From: a virus
Direction: 5' to 3' (one strand)
Virus record (IMG/VR): IMGVR_UViG_3300032144_000011
Coordinates: 1 to 60,404 of that record
Length of the DNA: 60,404 bases
The notes below the pieces were generated by a model. It was not told the origin of the DNA, did no database searches, and saw nothing but the letters and a program-made list of their open reading frames with translations. The position numbers were made by a program, and so were the translations under genes. Shown here piece after piece: positions 33,791 to 43,080 of the stretch (position 1 is its first letter; each line of letters opens with the position of its first letter).

Positions 33791-35931
33791 CAGCGCGCGA
33801 CCGTCTGGGTGCCGACGCCGAACGTGCTGCGCATCGCGCGGTGCGTCCGGCTACCCTGGTTGCCGATGTTGCCGGCGACCGCCTCGTCGATCAGCACGTC
33901 GATGGTCTTGCCGCCCCTGCCGTCGTCGCGCTGCTCGGCGCGCGCGCTGGTGCCCGGCGGGGCCGTGATGTTGACCGTGACGTTCGCCGCGACCGCCCGG
34001 ATGCCCATGCGGCCCTGGCTGTCGCGGCCGATGGGCGCGATGACCTCGTCGCCGGCTTCACCCGCCACGCCCATGTTGCCGCCGGCCATGGCGAAGGCGA
34101 TGGGGTCGCTGAGGATTCCGCCGCGCGCGAAGGGGATCACCCGGCCGCCCAGGAAGGCGTTGCCCTTGGCCGAGGGGATCAGCGCGCCCGGCGTGCCGCC
34201 CTGGTCGATGGTGAGACCGCCTCCGCCGGCGCTATCTCCACCGAAGCCGAACAGCCCGCCCAGCGCCGACGCGCCCTGCCGCACCGCGTTGAGCAGCGCG
34301 GTCTGGATGATCAGCCGGCCGATGTCCTTCACCAGCCCGTCGATCACGTCGCCGAACTTCTTGCCCTCCAGGATGGCATCGGCGAAGGCGTTGGACATGC
34401 TGACGTTCACGTCCTTGAACACGTCGGTGAGGTTCTTGCCGGTGCCCGCCAGGTCGTCCTGGCCCTTCTTGACCGCGCGCGCGTAGGTCTCCTGGCTGAT
34501 GGCGCCGGCGGCGAGCAGGTCGTTCAGCTCGGTCAATGTCGCCTGGTACTTCTCCGCCTCGGTGCGGGTCTCCTCGAAGATCGCCTGGCCGCGGCTGCGC
34601 TGCGTGTCCCAGGTCGACTTGACCCGGTCCTCGTATTCCTTCCAGCGGTCGGCCGCGCCCTTGACGGCCTCCTTCTCGGCCTCGATCTGCAGGATCAGCG
34701 GCGACAGGCCCGCGCGGAACGCGGCGTTGACCTCGATGCCGGCCTTCTTGGCCAGCTCGTAGAGCTTCTGCTCGTCCTTGGTGCGCGCGGCCTGCTCGGC
34801 CTCGAACTGCAGCTCCTTGCGCAGCTCGGCGATCTTGCCGGCAAGCTCGGCATTCGCGTCGCCGGCACCCTCGATCGTCGCGGTGTAGAGCGCCTCCTTG
34901 CGCTCGCGATCCTCGAGCGCCTCGCCCAGCTCCTTCATGTTAATGAGGAGCTTCCGGATCTCGTCGGCCTGCTCGCCGAAGACCGACAGGCCGGGCAGCT
35001 TGAGCACGTCCTGGAAGGACATGCCGGTCATGCGCTCGAGCGTGTCCGCCAGCTCATTGTAACGCCGGCGCAGCTCGTCGGCGGCCACGGCGCTGGCCGG
35101 CAAGTGCTCGATGATCCACTGCACCGTCGGCTTGAGCCCGCGGATGAAGGCTTCCGAGAGCGCCAGGATCGACGGCGTCAGCGCCAGGACGGCGCGGGTG
35201 AGGTTCGTCTTGATGATGGTGCCGACGCGCTCGAGCTGGTCGCCGGCCTTCTCGGCCTCGCGCACCATGACCGCGTCGAGCACCACGCCGAGCTCGCGCG
35301 CCTCGCGCCGGAGCCCCTCGATGCCGGCGGCCCCGTCCTTGAACAGCGGCAGAAGCTGGCCGCCGAGCCGCTGGCCGAAGATCTTGTTCACCGCATCCGC
35401 ACGCGCGGTGGCCGATTGCGTGCGGCCGATGGCGTCGGCCAGCTCGTTGAAGACGCGCTCGTTGGATTTCAGCCGGCCGTCGTTGTCGCGCACCGAGATG
35501 CCGAGCGCCTTGAAGGCCTCCCGCGCCTCGCCGGTGCCGCGGCCGGATTCCCCGACGGCGACGTTCAGCCGCTCCATCGCCCGGCCGAACTGGTCGGCGC
35601 CGACGCCGGCGAGCCCGGCCGCATATTGCAATTCCTGCAGTGCCTCGATCCCGAGCCCGGTGCGGTCGGCCATCTTGGCGATCGCATCGGCGGATTCGAT
35701 GGACGACTTGATCAGCAGGCCGATGCCGGCCGTCCCCGCTACGGTGCCGAGCACGGCGTTGAACGACAGCGCCGACCGCAGCGCCGCGCCGAAGCCCGCC
35801 GTGAACGACCGCAGCCCGCCGGTGGCGTTGCGGGCGAACTGGCTAACCAGGCGATCGGAGTCCTTGAGCGCCGCGGCGAGCCCGGCGTTGTTGCCGCCGA
35901 TGGCAACCCTGACGTCGTTCCTGTCGGCCAT
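33790..35931 (-). CDS. Tape measure protein
   Basis: Track ORF of 713 aa. Typical TMP N-terminal region (SIESADAIAKMADRTGLGIEALQELQYAAGLAGV...), long helical body, Gly-rich C-terminus. Confidence 0.9.
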   Translation of the reverse strand: MADRNDVRVAIGGNNAGLAAALKDSDRLVSQFARNATGGLRSFTAGFGAALRSALSFNAVLGTVAGTAGIGLLIKSSIESADAIAKMADRTGLGIEALQELQYAAGLAGVGADQFGRAMERLNVAVGESGRGTGEAREAFKALGISVRDNDGRLKSNERVFNELADAIGRTQSATARADAVNKIFGQRLGGQLLPLFKDGAAGIEGLRREARELGVVLDAVMVREAEKAGDQLERVGTIIKTNLTRAVLALTPSILALSEAFIRGLKPTVQWIIEHLPASAVAADELRRRYNELADTLERMTGMSFQDVLKLPGLSVFGEQADEIRKLLINMKELGEALEDRERKEALYTATIEGAGDANAELAGKIAELRKELQFEAEQAARTKDEQKLYELAKKAGIEVNAAFRAGLSPLILQIEAEKEAVKGAADRWKEYEDRVKSTWDTQRSRGQAIFEETRTEAEKYQATLTELNDLLAAGAISQETYARAVKKGQDDLAGTGKNLTDVFKDVNVSMSNAFADAILEGKKFGDVIDGLVKDIGRLIIQTALLNAVRQGASALGGLFGFGGDSAGGGGLTIDQGGTPGALIPSAKGNAFLGGRVIPFARGGILSDPIAFAMAGGNMGVAGEAGDEVIAPIGRDSQGRMGIRAVAANVTVNITAPPGTSARAEQRDDGRGGKTIDVLIDEAVAGNIGNQGSRTHRAMRSTFGVGTQTVAR

Positions 35932-36548
35932 TTAGGATTCCTTGGGCTTGGCGGCGAAGCCGCGCAGCAGGGTCTTGACCATGCTGGCGACGGCGACCGG
36001 ATCGGGCGGCGGCGGCGGCGCGGGCGGCAGCAGGCCGGTGGCGCGCAGCATGCGAATGCGGGCGAGCAGAGCGGCGGCGATCAGCGGCATGGGGGTGTCG
36101 AGCACGGTATCGGGCGGCCAGCCGAGCCAGCCGGTCCCGCCCTCATAGAGGCTTTCCGCGTAGGCTTCCGGCGTCAGCGGCTCCGCGTCTTGGCCGCCGC
36201 CGGCGCGTTTCCCTCCGCACTCGGCTCTTCCTCGGCCGCGTCGAGCGACAGCGGCCGGCCGCCGTTCTGCAGCGACCAGACCAGCTCGACGCAGGCGCGG
36301 TGCACCGGCACGAGGTTGGCGAAGATGACCTCCTGCAGGGCGTCTTCGTCCTTCGGCGCGTCGGGCCAGGCTTCCCGCAGCAGGGCGAAGTAGACGTCGA
36401 GGTCGCCGGCCTGAACGCGGGCGAGCGCCCCGCCGATGCCGCCGACCTTGCGGCTGACGGCGAAGGCGAGGCGCGGGGTCGGCGGCGCGAGGCGGTGCGT
36501 CGTCCCGCCGATGACGAGGTCGATCTCGGCGACGTCGAGCTTGCTCAT
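35932..36548 (-). CDS. Tail assembly chaperone G-T fusion product via -1 programmed frameshift
   Basis: The -1 frame is open from the slippery site to TAA at 35932-35934, directly abutting the TMP ATG. It encodes ...GKRAGGGQDAEPLTPEAYAESLYEGGTGWLGWPPDTVLDTPMPLIAAALLARIRML... Confidence 0.7.
36174..36548 (-). CDS. Tail assembly chaperone (gpG-like, zero-frame product)
   Basis: Track ORF of 124 aa, between the tube protein and TMP. Confidence 0.8.
   Translation of the reverse strand: MSKLDVAEIDLVIGGTTHRLAPPTPRLAFAVSRKVGGIGGALARVQAGDLDVYFALLREAWPDAPKDEDALQEVIFANLVPVHRACVELVWSLQNGGRPLSLDAAEEEPSAEGNAPAAAKTRSR
36207..36213 (-). promoter_or_regulatory. -1 ribosomal frameshift slippery heptamer G_GGA_AAC
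   Basis: Minus strand reads gag GGA AAC in the G frame, a canonical X_XXY_YYZ site 33 nt before the G stop. Confidence 0.7.
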
Positions 36549-37003
36549 CAGGCGGCCGGCGTCTCGACGATGCTGCCGGACTGGATGCTGATACCGACGC
36601 TCGCGCCGACTACGCTGTTCGCCTCGCCGATGGCCGTGTTGTAGCTCATCACCTTGGCCTTGAAGAGGAAAGTGGTCGGGCTGTTGGCCGTGGTCGCCGG
36701 CGCGTCGTTCAGCTCGATCTTGAAGTTGTAGTCGAAGTCGGTTTCCAGCGCGGCGCGCAGGTCGGCCTGGCCGTCCTCGGTCGCGTCGCGCGCGAGCTGC
36801 ATCGTCATCGTGCCGTCGTTCCGCTGGCCCTTGAGCTTCTGGACGTTGCGGTTGTCGAGCGGCGAATAGGTGATTTCATCGAAGGTCGGGCCGAACTCGC
36901 CCATGTTGAGGACGCTGCCGATGAGCTGGAACGCGGCCTCGGACGCGAGCACGCCGGTCCCGCCGATGTAGATCTTGCAGCCTGCAGCCGGTGATACGGT
37001 CAT
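36548..37003 (-). CDS. Major tail (tube) protein
   Basis: Track ORF of 151 aa at the canonical position upstream of G/GT. Composition typical of small siphophage tube proteins. Confidence 0.8.
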   Translation of the reverse strand: MTVSPAAGCKIYIGGTGVLASEAAFQLIGSVLNMGEFGPTFDEITYSPLDNRNVQKLKGQRNDGTMTMQLARDATEDGQADLRAALETDFDYNFKIELNDAPATTANSPTTFLFKAKVMSYNTAIGEANSVVGASVGISIQSGSIVETPAA

Positions 37004-37033
37004 CGAATGACTCCTCGGGTTAGAAGGCGGGGA

Positions 37034-37444
37034 TCAGGGGGTGCGGTAGCGAACGGTGTAGCGAAGACGGGCAAGCCCGCGGGCCTGCTCGCCGGCGCCG
37101 TCGAAGCCTATGGACGTCTCGGCGAGGAAGCTGTTGAAGGCCCGCCCGCCCAGACGGATGTCGGCCGCCATCAGCGCCTCGATCGTCTCGGCGAGCGCGT
37201 CCAGCGCGTCGTCCGGCGCGCCGTCGGCGCCGGTGGCGTAGAGGTCGATAGCAAGCTGCAGGTCGCGCATCATCCGCGGCGGCGTGAGCGACTCCTGCTC
37301 GGAGATCTCGTTCAGCGTGTAGACGCAGATCGCCGGCAGCTCGGTCCGCTGGATCGGGTAGACCCGCGACGGCACGACCGGCAGGTCGGTGGTCGACAGC
37401 AGCGCCACGACATGGTCGCGGATCTCGGCGCGCGGATGGGTCAC
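37034..37444 (-). CDS. Tail terminator/completion protein (gpU position, DUF3168-like)
   Basis: Track ORF of 136 aa, GTG start overlapping the upstream TGA. Position directly upstream of the tube gene. Confidence 0.65.
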   Translation of the reverse strand: MTHPRAEIRDHVVALLSTTDLPVVPSRVYPIQRTELPAICVYTLNEISEQESLTPPRMMRDLQLAIDLYATGADGAPDDALDALAETIEALMAADIRLGGRAFNSFLAETSIGFDGAGEQARGLARLRYTVRYRTP

Positions 37445-37602
37445 GGCACCTGCTCCGCCAGCGCCCGCATGCGCGAGGCGTAGGAACGGGCCAATGCGTA
37501 GGCCTGTTCCTGGTACTCCGCGTCCGTCAGCTCTCCGGCTTGGTGCCGTTCCAGCAGCACGGCTTCGGCGTCGCGCATCTCTGCGGCGAGGGTGTCGATC
37601 AT
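37441..37602 (-). CDS. Possible small protein (53 aa)
   Basis: Not in track. Read from sequence: MIDTLAAEMRDAEAVLLERHQAGELTDAEYQEQAYALARSYASRMRALAEQVP. Its stop overlaps GTG 37444. Confidence 0.4.
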   Translation of the reverse strand: MIDTLAAEMRDAEAVLLERHQAGELTDAEYQEQAYALARSYASRMRALAEQVP

Positions 37603-37637
37603 GGGTGGCCTTTCGGAAAATCCGCTATATTGGATCG

Positions 37638-37949
37638 ATGCAGCTAAGCCTGGTCACTCACATCGCCCTTGCCGCCACGCTCATTGTCGGCGGGGCGCTG
37701 ATGTTCATCGGCATGCTCGGCTACTTCCGTCGCCCGCACTGGCGTTGGGTTGTCATCGGCGGCCTTGGCGTGCTCTTATTGGCTGGGCTTTATGGTTATA
37801 TTTTTTGGAGGACATTAGGTGTACATCCTCGCGCTCCGAGCCTCGATCCTGCTGCTCAAGGCGATCCAACTGCCGTTCGTCGGCCTCTATATTCTGCTCG
37901 CGCTGCTCGCAGGCTTCTTCGTGATGATCGAGGAATGGCAGGAGGATAA
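37638..37949 (+). CDS. Opposite-strand small TM protein A (2 TM in the first ~60 aa; 3' third overlaps ORF B)
   Basis: Frame of track ORF 37389..37949 from ATG 37638 (MQLSLVTHIALAATLIVGGALMFIGMLGYFRRPHWRWVVIGGLGVLLLAGLYGYIFW). TATATT lies 7 nt upstream. The tail after residue ~60 looks non-coding-like. Confidence 0.4.
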   Translation: MQLSLVTHIALAATLIVGGALMFIGMLGYFRRPHWRWVVIGGLGVLLLAGLYGYIFWRTLGVHPRAPSLDPAAQGDPTAVRRPLYSARAARRLLRDDRGMAGG

Positions 37950-38001
37950 GCTATCCCAAGCCATGGCCGATAAGGGGCTGCCATACGAAGTCAGGGTCTA
38001 G
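37819..38001 (+). CDS. Opposite-strand small TM protein B (60 aa)
   Basis: Track ORF. GGAGGA lies 6 nt upstream of GTG 37819. TM LPFVGLYILLALLAGFFVMI. Its stop shares a CTAG with the convergent minus-gene stop. Confidence 0.55.
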   Translation: MYILALRASILLLKAIQLPFVGLYILLALLAGFFVMIEEWQEDKLSQAMADKGLPYEVRV

Positions 38002-40904
38002 GCAGCGCTCATGCGCAGGCGGATGCGCTTCGGCTGAAAGTCGAAATGCGCCACGCCTTCCTTGCCTTGCAGATACAAGCCGATGCAGGCGAGAATGCCG
38101 TGCGTCTGCTGGTTCGTGTACTCCGTCGAAGGAATATCGAACGAGCCGTTTCCCAGCCATTGCCGCATCGGCATGAAGCCGGGGTCAGGCTCGACCAGCT
38201 TGGCCGGCGCATCGTTCGTCGTCACCGCACCCTTCGGCCACGGCCAGTGCGCCCAGGTTACGCCCCCGTAAAGGAAGCTGAGCACCCACGACCGCCAGTG
38301 ATGCCATCCGTAGGCGCAGACGCCCTCCGGCGGGCGGCGGCCCATGGCCCTGGAGTCTTCGTGCAACAGGTTCTTCGGATTCTTGTAGCCGAGCCCATTC
38401 ATCAGGCAGTAGTTCGGAGGGTTATTGCCAAGCGCCAGCGCCGCACCAGCTTGGAGCACCTCGGCATAAAGGCTCGTGCCGGTGATCACATGAGCCCAGA
38501 CGAGGACCGTTGCTTCGGCCAGCGTAGGGCATGACCCAGTGCCGAACCCGCCATAGGCTTGGGTTGAAATGTGGCGCGTATTGATGAGCGCGATATCCGA
38601 ATTGCCCTTGCGCGATGCAATAAAGCCGTTGGCGGTGTTAATGATCGCGCTGCGCATTTGCGTTTGATAGGTCGCATTCACCCCGGCGTGGCCGACATTT
38701 GCATAGTCCCATTGCGTGGAGCCCGGCGTATGCCCGCCTCCGTTCCCGGCCAGCCCCCCATCCGAGCCGTCCCACCAGTCCTCGACCATGTCCTTGTAGG
38801 TCGAGTTGTCGATCAGCCGATAGAGCGAGGCCGCCGCAAAAACACGAGCGCCGCCGGATCGATTGCCCGGATTAACAAGATAGGACGATTGCGTGGCTTT
38901 GTAGGTTTCCCAGCTCGTGGCCGAGAACTCCCCCGCGCCATCGGCCAGCGTGATTTCTTCCGCCCACAAGGTGTCGAGATCGGCATAGACGGATTCGGCA
39001 TAATCGAACGCCGCGACCGCGCTGGTCTGATACGTTGCGGACAGCGTCAAGAAGCCTTCATCGGCCAGAACGCGCGCCAGATGCGCCGCAGCCGCAGCAT
39101 ACTGATAGGCCGTCAACGGGTCTTTATGCGAATAGGCGAAGGTGACTTGCCGTTCCTTCCAGGACGGCTCATGCGCCGCCGGAGTGTTGGCGGACTCGAT
39201 GCCGCCGATGACGGAGCCATCCTCGATTTGCGAACGCCGCCAGAAGTCGATGATGAACATCGCAATTTGAACGGCATCGGGAAGCGCGTCCGTCCCGGCA
39301 TAGGTGCCGTCCGTAACCAGCGTGGACATTTTCGGGACATTGAAATCGCTGCCGTTCGCAGCCGAACCGACGATCTCGTGAACACTGAGGAAGAACCGCG
39401 CAAGGTTAAGGTGCTGCGTGCGGCGGTCATGATCCCCCGCGTCATGCGTACCACCCCAATAGGGAACCTCGGTCGCTGTAATCCAGGGAGACGCCGCGCC
39501 GTTGTTGAACGTGACGAACCCGCCGCCCTCTGTGCTCCACGACAGTGGTAATTTGCTTTGCAGCAAGGTCAGCGTCCCGCCCTCGCTGACGGGCCGATGG
39601 CACATCGGGCGTTCGTAGCCGAACCGATCGTCCAGCGCGACGCCGCAATAATGCGCCACGACCCCGCGCATCCCATAATCCGCAAGCCTCGCCCACACCG
39701 CCGTGTCGATGCGGAACAGAGGCGTCACGCCAAATCCGGGCAGCCAGATGCGGTAGTCGCCCGGCGGCAGGGTGATTGCCCCGATATCGACATTGTAGAC
39801 ATCGGTTCCGACCGTATTGCGATAGAATGTGTCATGAACAAAGCCGCCACTCGTATATGTGCCAAAACTCGTCGTGTTAACACCGAACGAGAATGTCGTC
39901 TCGTCGATGACGGTAATGGCGTCTGAAGTAACCTGACGCCGGAAGCTGTTGGCGCTGTCCATGCCGAGAATATTCGTCAGGTATTTCTTCTCGTCCGTCG
40001 AAAACCCATGCGGGCCGTCTGTCGTAACAACTCCAGGGTTGGCCTTTGTAATTGCGGTGATTGCTATTTTGTTGTTGAGGCTTGCGACCCTGTTCTGGTC
40101 GTCATTGAAGAGATCGCTATAAGTTTCTAGCGTATCCCCCGCTATTCTGAATTCCGCCGTGATCTCGTGCTGAACGGCGCCGTTCTTGTCGATGAGATAG
40201 AACGCCCCCGTCCACGCATTGTAGATCGTCGGATCGAACATCCCTTCCCGGCCATCGCCATTGTCGTAACCGGGAAGCCATTGGTGATACGTCGCGTGCT
40301 TCCGCTCGTCGTCAAGGCCGTAGCCGTTTTGATTGATATGGATGCCGGGGCAGATCGTGGTCTTTTCGTTAAGCGTGAACTCGTGATCCGCGGGGACGGC
40401 GTATTTCCCGCTGCCGATCAGGTCGGGCCATGGAATCGTATAGGTGCCGTCCGCGAGAACGCCGCTCAGATGCAGATAGACGTAGTGCTCGACACGGTAA
40501 ATCTGCGTTTCTTCCGAGCCGTTCCGGGTAAAGCCCTGATCCTCGAACAGCATCCGGTAATAGACATTGGTGACCGTCAGCCCGCCAATGGTGCCGTAAC
40601 CGGCCACATTCAGGATTGCTTCCCGGTCGAGATAATCCGGCGTCGCGGAATCCATCGTGCGGAACGTCAGCTTGTCGGGGGCGACCAGGAACCCGTTCAC
40701 GCCATCGATCACGGTCCATGTGTTGTAGGCCGCCGTGGACATATCGGCGAGCGTGCCGGTCGTCGCCCCCTGCGCCCACTCCTGAGACGACGGATAGGCT
40801 GTCGCGAGATTTACCAGCCCGCCATGCGTGATCTCGCCATCGAGAATGATTGCCAAAAGAATGTCTGGGGCAACGCGCTGGATCTCGGAGACGGTGACGG
40901 TCAT
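37998..40904 (-). CDS. Large virion-module protein with GH9-like (alpha/alpha)6 endoglucanase domain
   Basis: Track ORF of 968 aa. YWGGTHDAGDHDRR resembles the GH9 GGW.DAGD.K catalytic-Asp motif. A C-terminal ...STEYTNQQT... stretch is in the position of the GH9 catalytic-Glu motif. The N-terminal ~400 aa are beta-rich. Confidence 0.75.
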   Translation of the reverse strand: MTVTVSEIQRVAPDILLAIILDGEITHGGLVNLATAYPSSQEWAQGATTGTLADMSTAAYNTWTVIDGVNGFLVAPDKLTFRTMDSATPDYLDREAILNVAGYGTIGGLTVTNVYYRMLFEDQGFTRNGSEETQIYRVEHYVYLHLSGVLADGTYTIPWPDLIGSGKYAVPADHEFTLNEKTTICPGIHINQNGYGLDDERKHATYHQWLPGYDNGDGREGMFDPTIYNAWTGAFYLIDKNGAVQHEITAEFRIAGDTLETYSDLFNDDQNRVASLNNKIAITAITKANPGVVTTDGPHGFSTDEKKYLTNILGMDSANSFRRQVTSDAITVIDETTFSFGVNTTSFGTYTSGGFVHDTFYRNTVGTDVYNVDIGAITLPPGDYRIWLPGFGVTPLFRIDTAVWARLADYGMRGVVAHYCGVALDDRFGYERPMCHRPVSEGGTLTLLQSKLPLSWSTEGGGFVTFNNGAASPWITATEVPYWGGTHDAGDHDRRTQHLNLARFFLSVHEIVGSAANGSDFNVPKMSTLVTDGTYAGTDALPDAVQIAMFIIDFWRRSQIEDGSVIGGIESANTPAAHEPSWKERQVTFAYSHKDPLTAYQYAAAAAHLARVLADEGFLTLSATYQTSAVAAFDYAESVYADLDTLWAEEITLADGAGEFSATSWETYKATQSSYLVNPGNRSGGARVFAAASLYRLIDNSTYKDMVEDWWDGSDGGLAGNGGGHTPGSTQWDYANVGHAGVNATYQTQMRSAIINTANGFIASRKGNSDIALINTRHISTQAYGGFGTGSCPTLAEATVLVWAHVITGTSLYAEVLQAGAALALGNNPPNYCLMNGLGYKNPKNLLHEDSRAMGRRPPEGVCAYGWHHWRSWVLSFLYGGVTWAHWPWPKGAVTTNDAPAKLVEPDPGFMPMRQWLGNGSFDIPSTEYTNQQTHGILACIGLYLQGKEGVAHFDFQPKRIRLRMSAA

Positions 40905-42577
40905 CAGTCGCTCGGGCTATTCGGCGCGGCCGAAAGAGTCCCGGTCAGCGTCCCGCCCGAAACCGAGCCGGCATTAGTATGCCAAGATGCTGCTGCCTTG
41001 TTGTGGCAGAATTTAACTTGCGCCCCGGTCGGCCCGGAACCATCCGTCAATAGATCGACAGGCTTCCCGGCCGCATCGATGAATTTGCGCCGGTTCGCCT
41101 CGACTGTGATGTCCATTCTGGCGGTCGGGTCAAACCAAAGTTCGGCCACATAGGCAACCAATTTATTCGTGGCGCTGTTATCGCAGCCCACAAAAAGCGA
41201 TGCCATCGTGTAGTCAATATTTCCGCTTGCCAAGGTGTTAGTCGTCAAATTGGCTGAGTAATCCGCATCATTCACGTACACCGATATTCCGGCGGCCGTG
41301 TTCCACGATAGCTGTAAATTAAACCATGTATCGACGGGGCAACTCGACACGGTCGCGGATATCTTCGTCACGTTCGAAGCGTCTCGCGCGAAAATCCCAA
41401 CGACACCAGAAGTGTTGTTTACATAAATAACGAAGCGATTGTTGGTCGTGGTCGAGATATCAAATATGCCGTATATGCCGGATGATGGCCATGTCGGCAA
41501 GCGCAGCCAGATCGAAAAAGTGCCTACCGCCGCGTCAGCAAGAGAGGCGCTCACATCCCCGTAAGCGATATGCTGGCTACCGGTAAAATTAACGGCGTTC
41601 GCTACATACCCCGCCGCCGCCACCTCCAGCGTGAACGTCGCCAGGTCGTCGGTGCTGCCCTCGTCGTCCGTCACCCTTACCGACAGGCTGGCGAAGCTGC
41701 CGCTTTCCGTGGGCGTGCCCGAGACGACGCCGGTCCCGGAGTCGATGCTGATGCCCGCAGGCCAAGTGCCTTGCAGCGAGAAAACGTAAGGCGTAACGCC
41801 GCCTGTAGCGGACGCGGTGAACCCGGCGTAGGCCGTGTCTTCCGTGGCGGTCAGCACAGGCGTGCCGGAGATGGCGAGAGCGGCGTTGACAGTGAAGGCG
41901 TAGCTTTGCAGCTCGGTGAAGGTGCCGTCGTCGCGCCAGACGTAGCCCCTGACCGTGTGCGCGCCCAAGGCGAGCGCGCTGAGCGTCACCGGGCAGCTTG
42001 CCAGCGTGGCGGTCGTCAGGTCGGCAGTGCCGAGCACCGTGCCATCGGCGGCGATCACCGCGGCATGGTCGCCGGCCAGCACCGTGGCGCCCGACAGGTC
42101 GAGCACAACGTCCGGCGTGGTGTCCGAGGTCTGGTTGCCGACGCCGACCGACAGCGCGACCGGGCCCAGGCTCTGGTTCATCGTGTAGGGCACGGCGTTC
42201 GAGTGGGGGCTCTCGCCGCCGGCGTTGACGTGGGTCATGGTGATCATCCACGCGCCCGCCGGGATCGCATCGAAGGTGCCAGCCGGGACCGCGCCGCCCG
42301 ACAGCATTTCCGAGGTAAGCACGAAACTGTCGTGCAGCGTCGCCCCGGCCGTGTCGCCCGCGTCGAGATAGACGCGGACGGTCTCGCCCGCCTGGGCGGC
42401 GTCGTCGAAATCCGCCGCCATCTGCGGGAACGGGTCGTTGCTGAGATGATCGCCCGAGGTGCTGCCAAGGTCCGAGGCCGGCAGCAGCGTGAGGATCGGC
42501 GCGAGCGGGGCCGACGGCGGCTCGGCCGCCGGCGACGCCACGAAGCCGAGCCGCGTGCGATCGCGCGGGAAAATCAT
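40904..42577 (-). CDS. Ig-like repeat plus LamG (concanavalin-type lectin) domain protein
   Basis: Track ORF of 557 aa. A...GGVTPYVFSL.GTWPAGISIDSGTGVVSGTPTESGSF is the putative-Ig (dystroglycan/cadherin-like) motif. The C-terminal FSIWLRL...VYVND... stretch is LamG-like. Confidence 0.75.
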   Translation of the reverse strand: MIFPRDRTRLGFVASPAAEPPSAPLAPILTLLPASDLGSTSGDHLSNDPFPQMAADFDDAAQAGETVRVYLDAGDTAGATLHDSFVLTSEMLSGGAVPAGTFDAIPAGAWMITMTHVNAGGESPHSNAVPYTMNQSLGPVALSVGVGNQTSDTTPDVVLDLSGATVLAGDHAAVIAADGTVLGTADLTTATLASCPVTLSALALGAHTVRGYVWRDDGTFTELQSYAFTVNAALAISGTPVLTATEDTAYAGFTASATGGVTPYVFSLQGTWPAGISIDSGTGVVSGTPTESGSFASLSVRVTDDEGSTDDLATFTLEVAAAGYVANAVNFTGSQHIAYGDVSASLADAAVGTFSIWLRLPTWPSSGIYGIFDISTTTNNRFVIYVNNTSGVVGIFARDASNVTKISATVSSCPVDTWFNLQLSWNTAAGISVYVNDADYSANLTTNTLASGNIDYTMASLFVGCDNSATNKLVAYVAELWFDPTARMDITVEANRRKFIDAAGKPVDLLTDGSGPTGAQVKFCHNKAAASWHTNAGSVSGGTLTGTLSAAPNSPSD

Positions 42578-43068
42578 CAGCCGGGATATCCCGTCAGGTC
42601 GACGCGGAAGGTCTCCTCGCTCGCCGGGGTGAAGACGCTGCGCGTCTCCAGCAGGCCGTAGATCGTCGCGGCCTCGAAGGGGATGTCGCAGTTGGCCCAG
42701 CCGACGGCGTCGTCGGAGCCGGCGGCCGTCACATCGACGTCGACGAAGCCGATGCAGTTCGCCAGCGGCTTGACGAAGGCGGCGTTATCCCCGGCGCCGG
42801 GCACCAGCGATGCCTTGAACAGCCAGACCCGGATGGTCGGCGTGGCGACCGCCTGGTTGCTCTTGCGCACCTTGACGCGACGGATCGTGCCGGCGCCCCA
42901 GTAGGCCGCCCACTGCAGCAGGGTCACCGAGCCGGCCGTGGCATTGTCGGCGATGGCATCGCCGATGTCGTAGGGCGTCGTGTTGCCGAGCCGGTTGAAG
43001 CTGTTGACGACCGGAGTGAGCTCGCGCGTCAGCGGGCCGACCACGGGACTGGATCCGTCAGCGGACAT
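42577..43068 (-). CDS. Hypothetical structural protein (163 aa)
   Basis: Track ORF. ATGA-type coupling with the downstream gene. Confidence 0.65.
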   Translation of the reverse strand: MSADGSSPVVGPLTRELTPVVNSFNRLGNTTPYDIGDAIADNATAGSVTLLQWAAYWGAGTIRRVKVRKSNQAVATPTIRVWLFKASLVPGAGDNAAFVKPLANCIGFVDVDVTAAGSDDAVGWANCDIPFEAATIYGLLETRSVFTPASEETFRVDLTGYPG

Positions 43069-43080
43069 GGGCGTTTCCTT

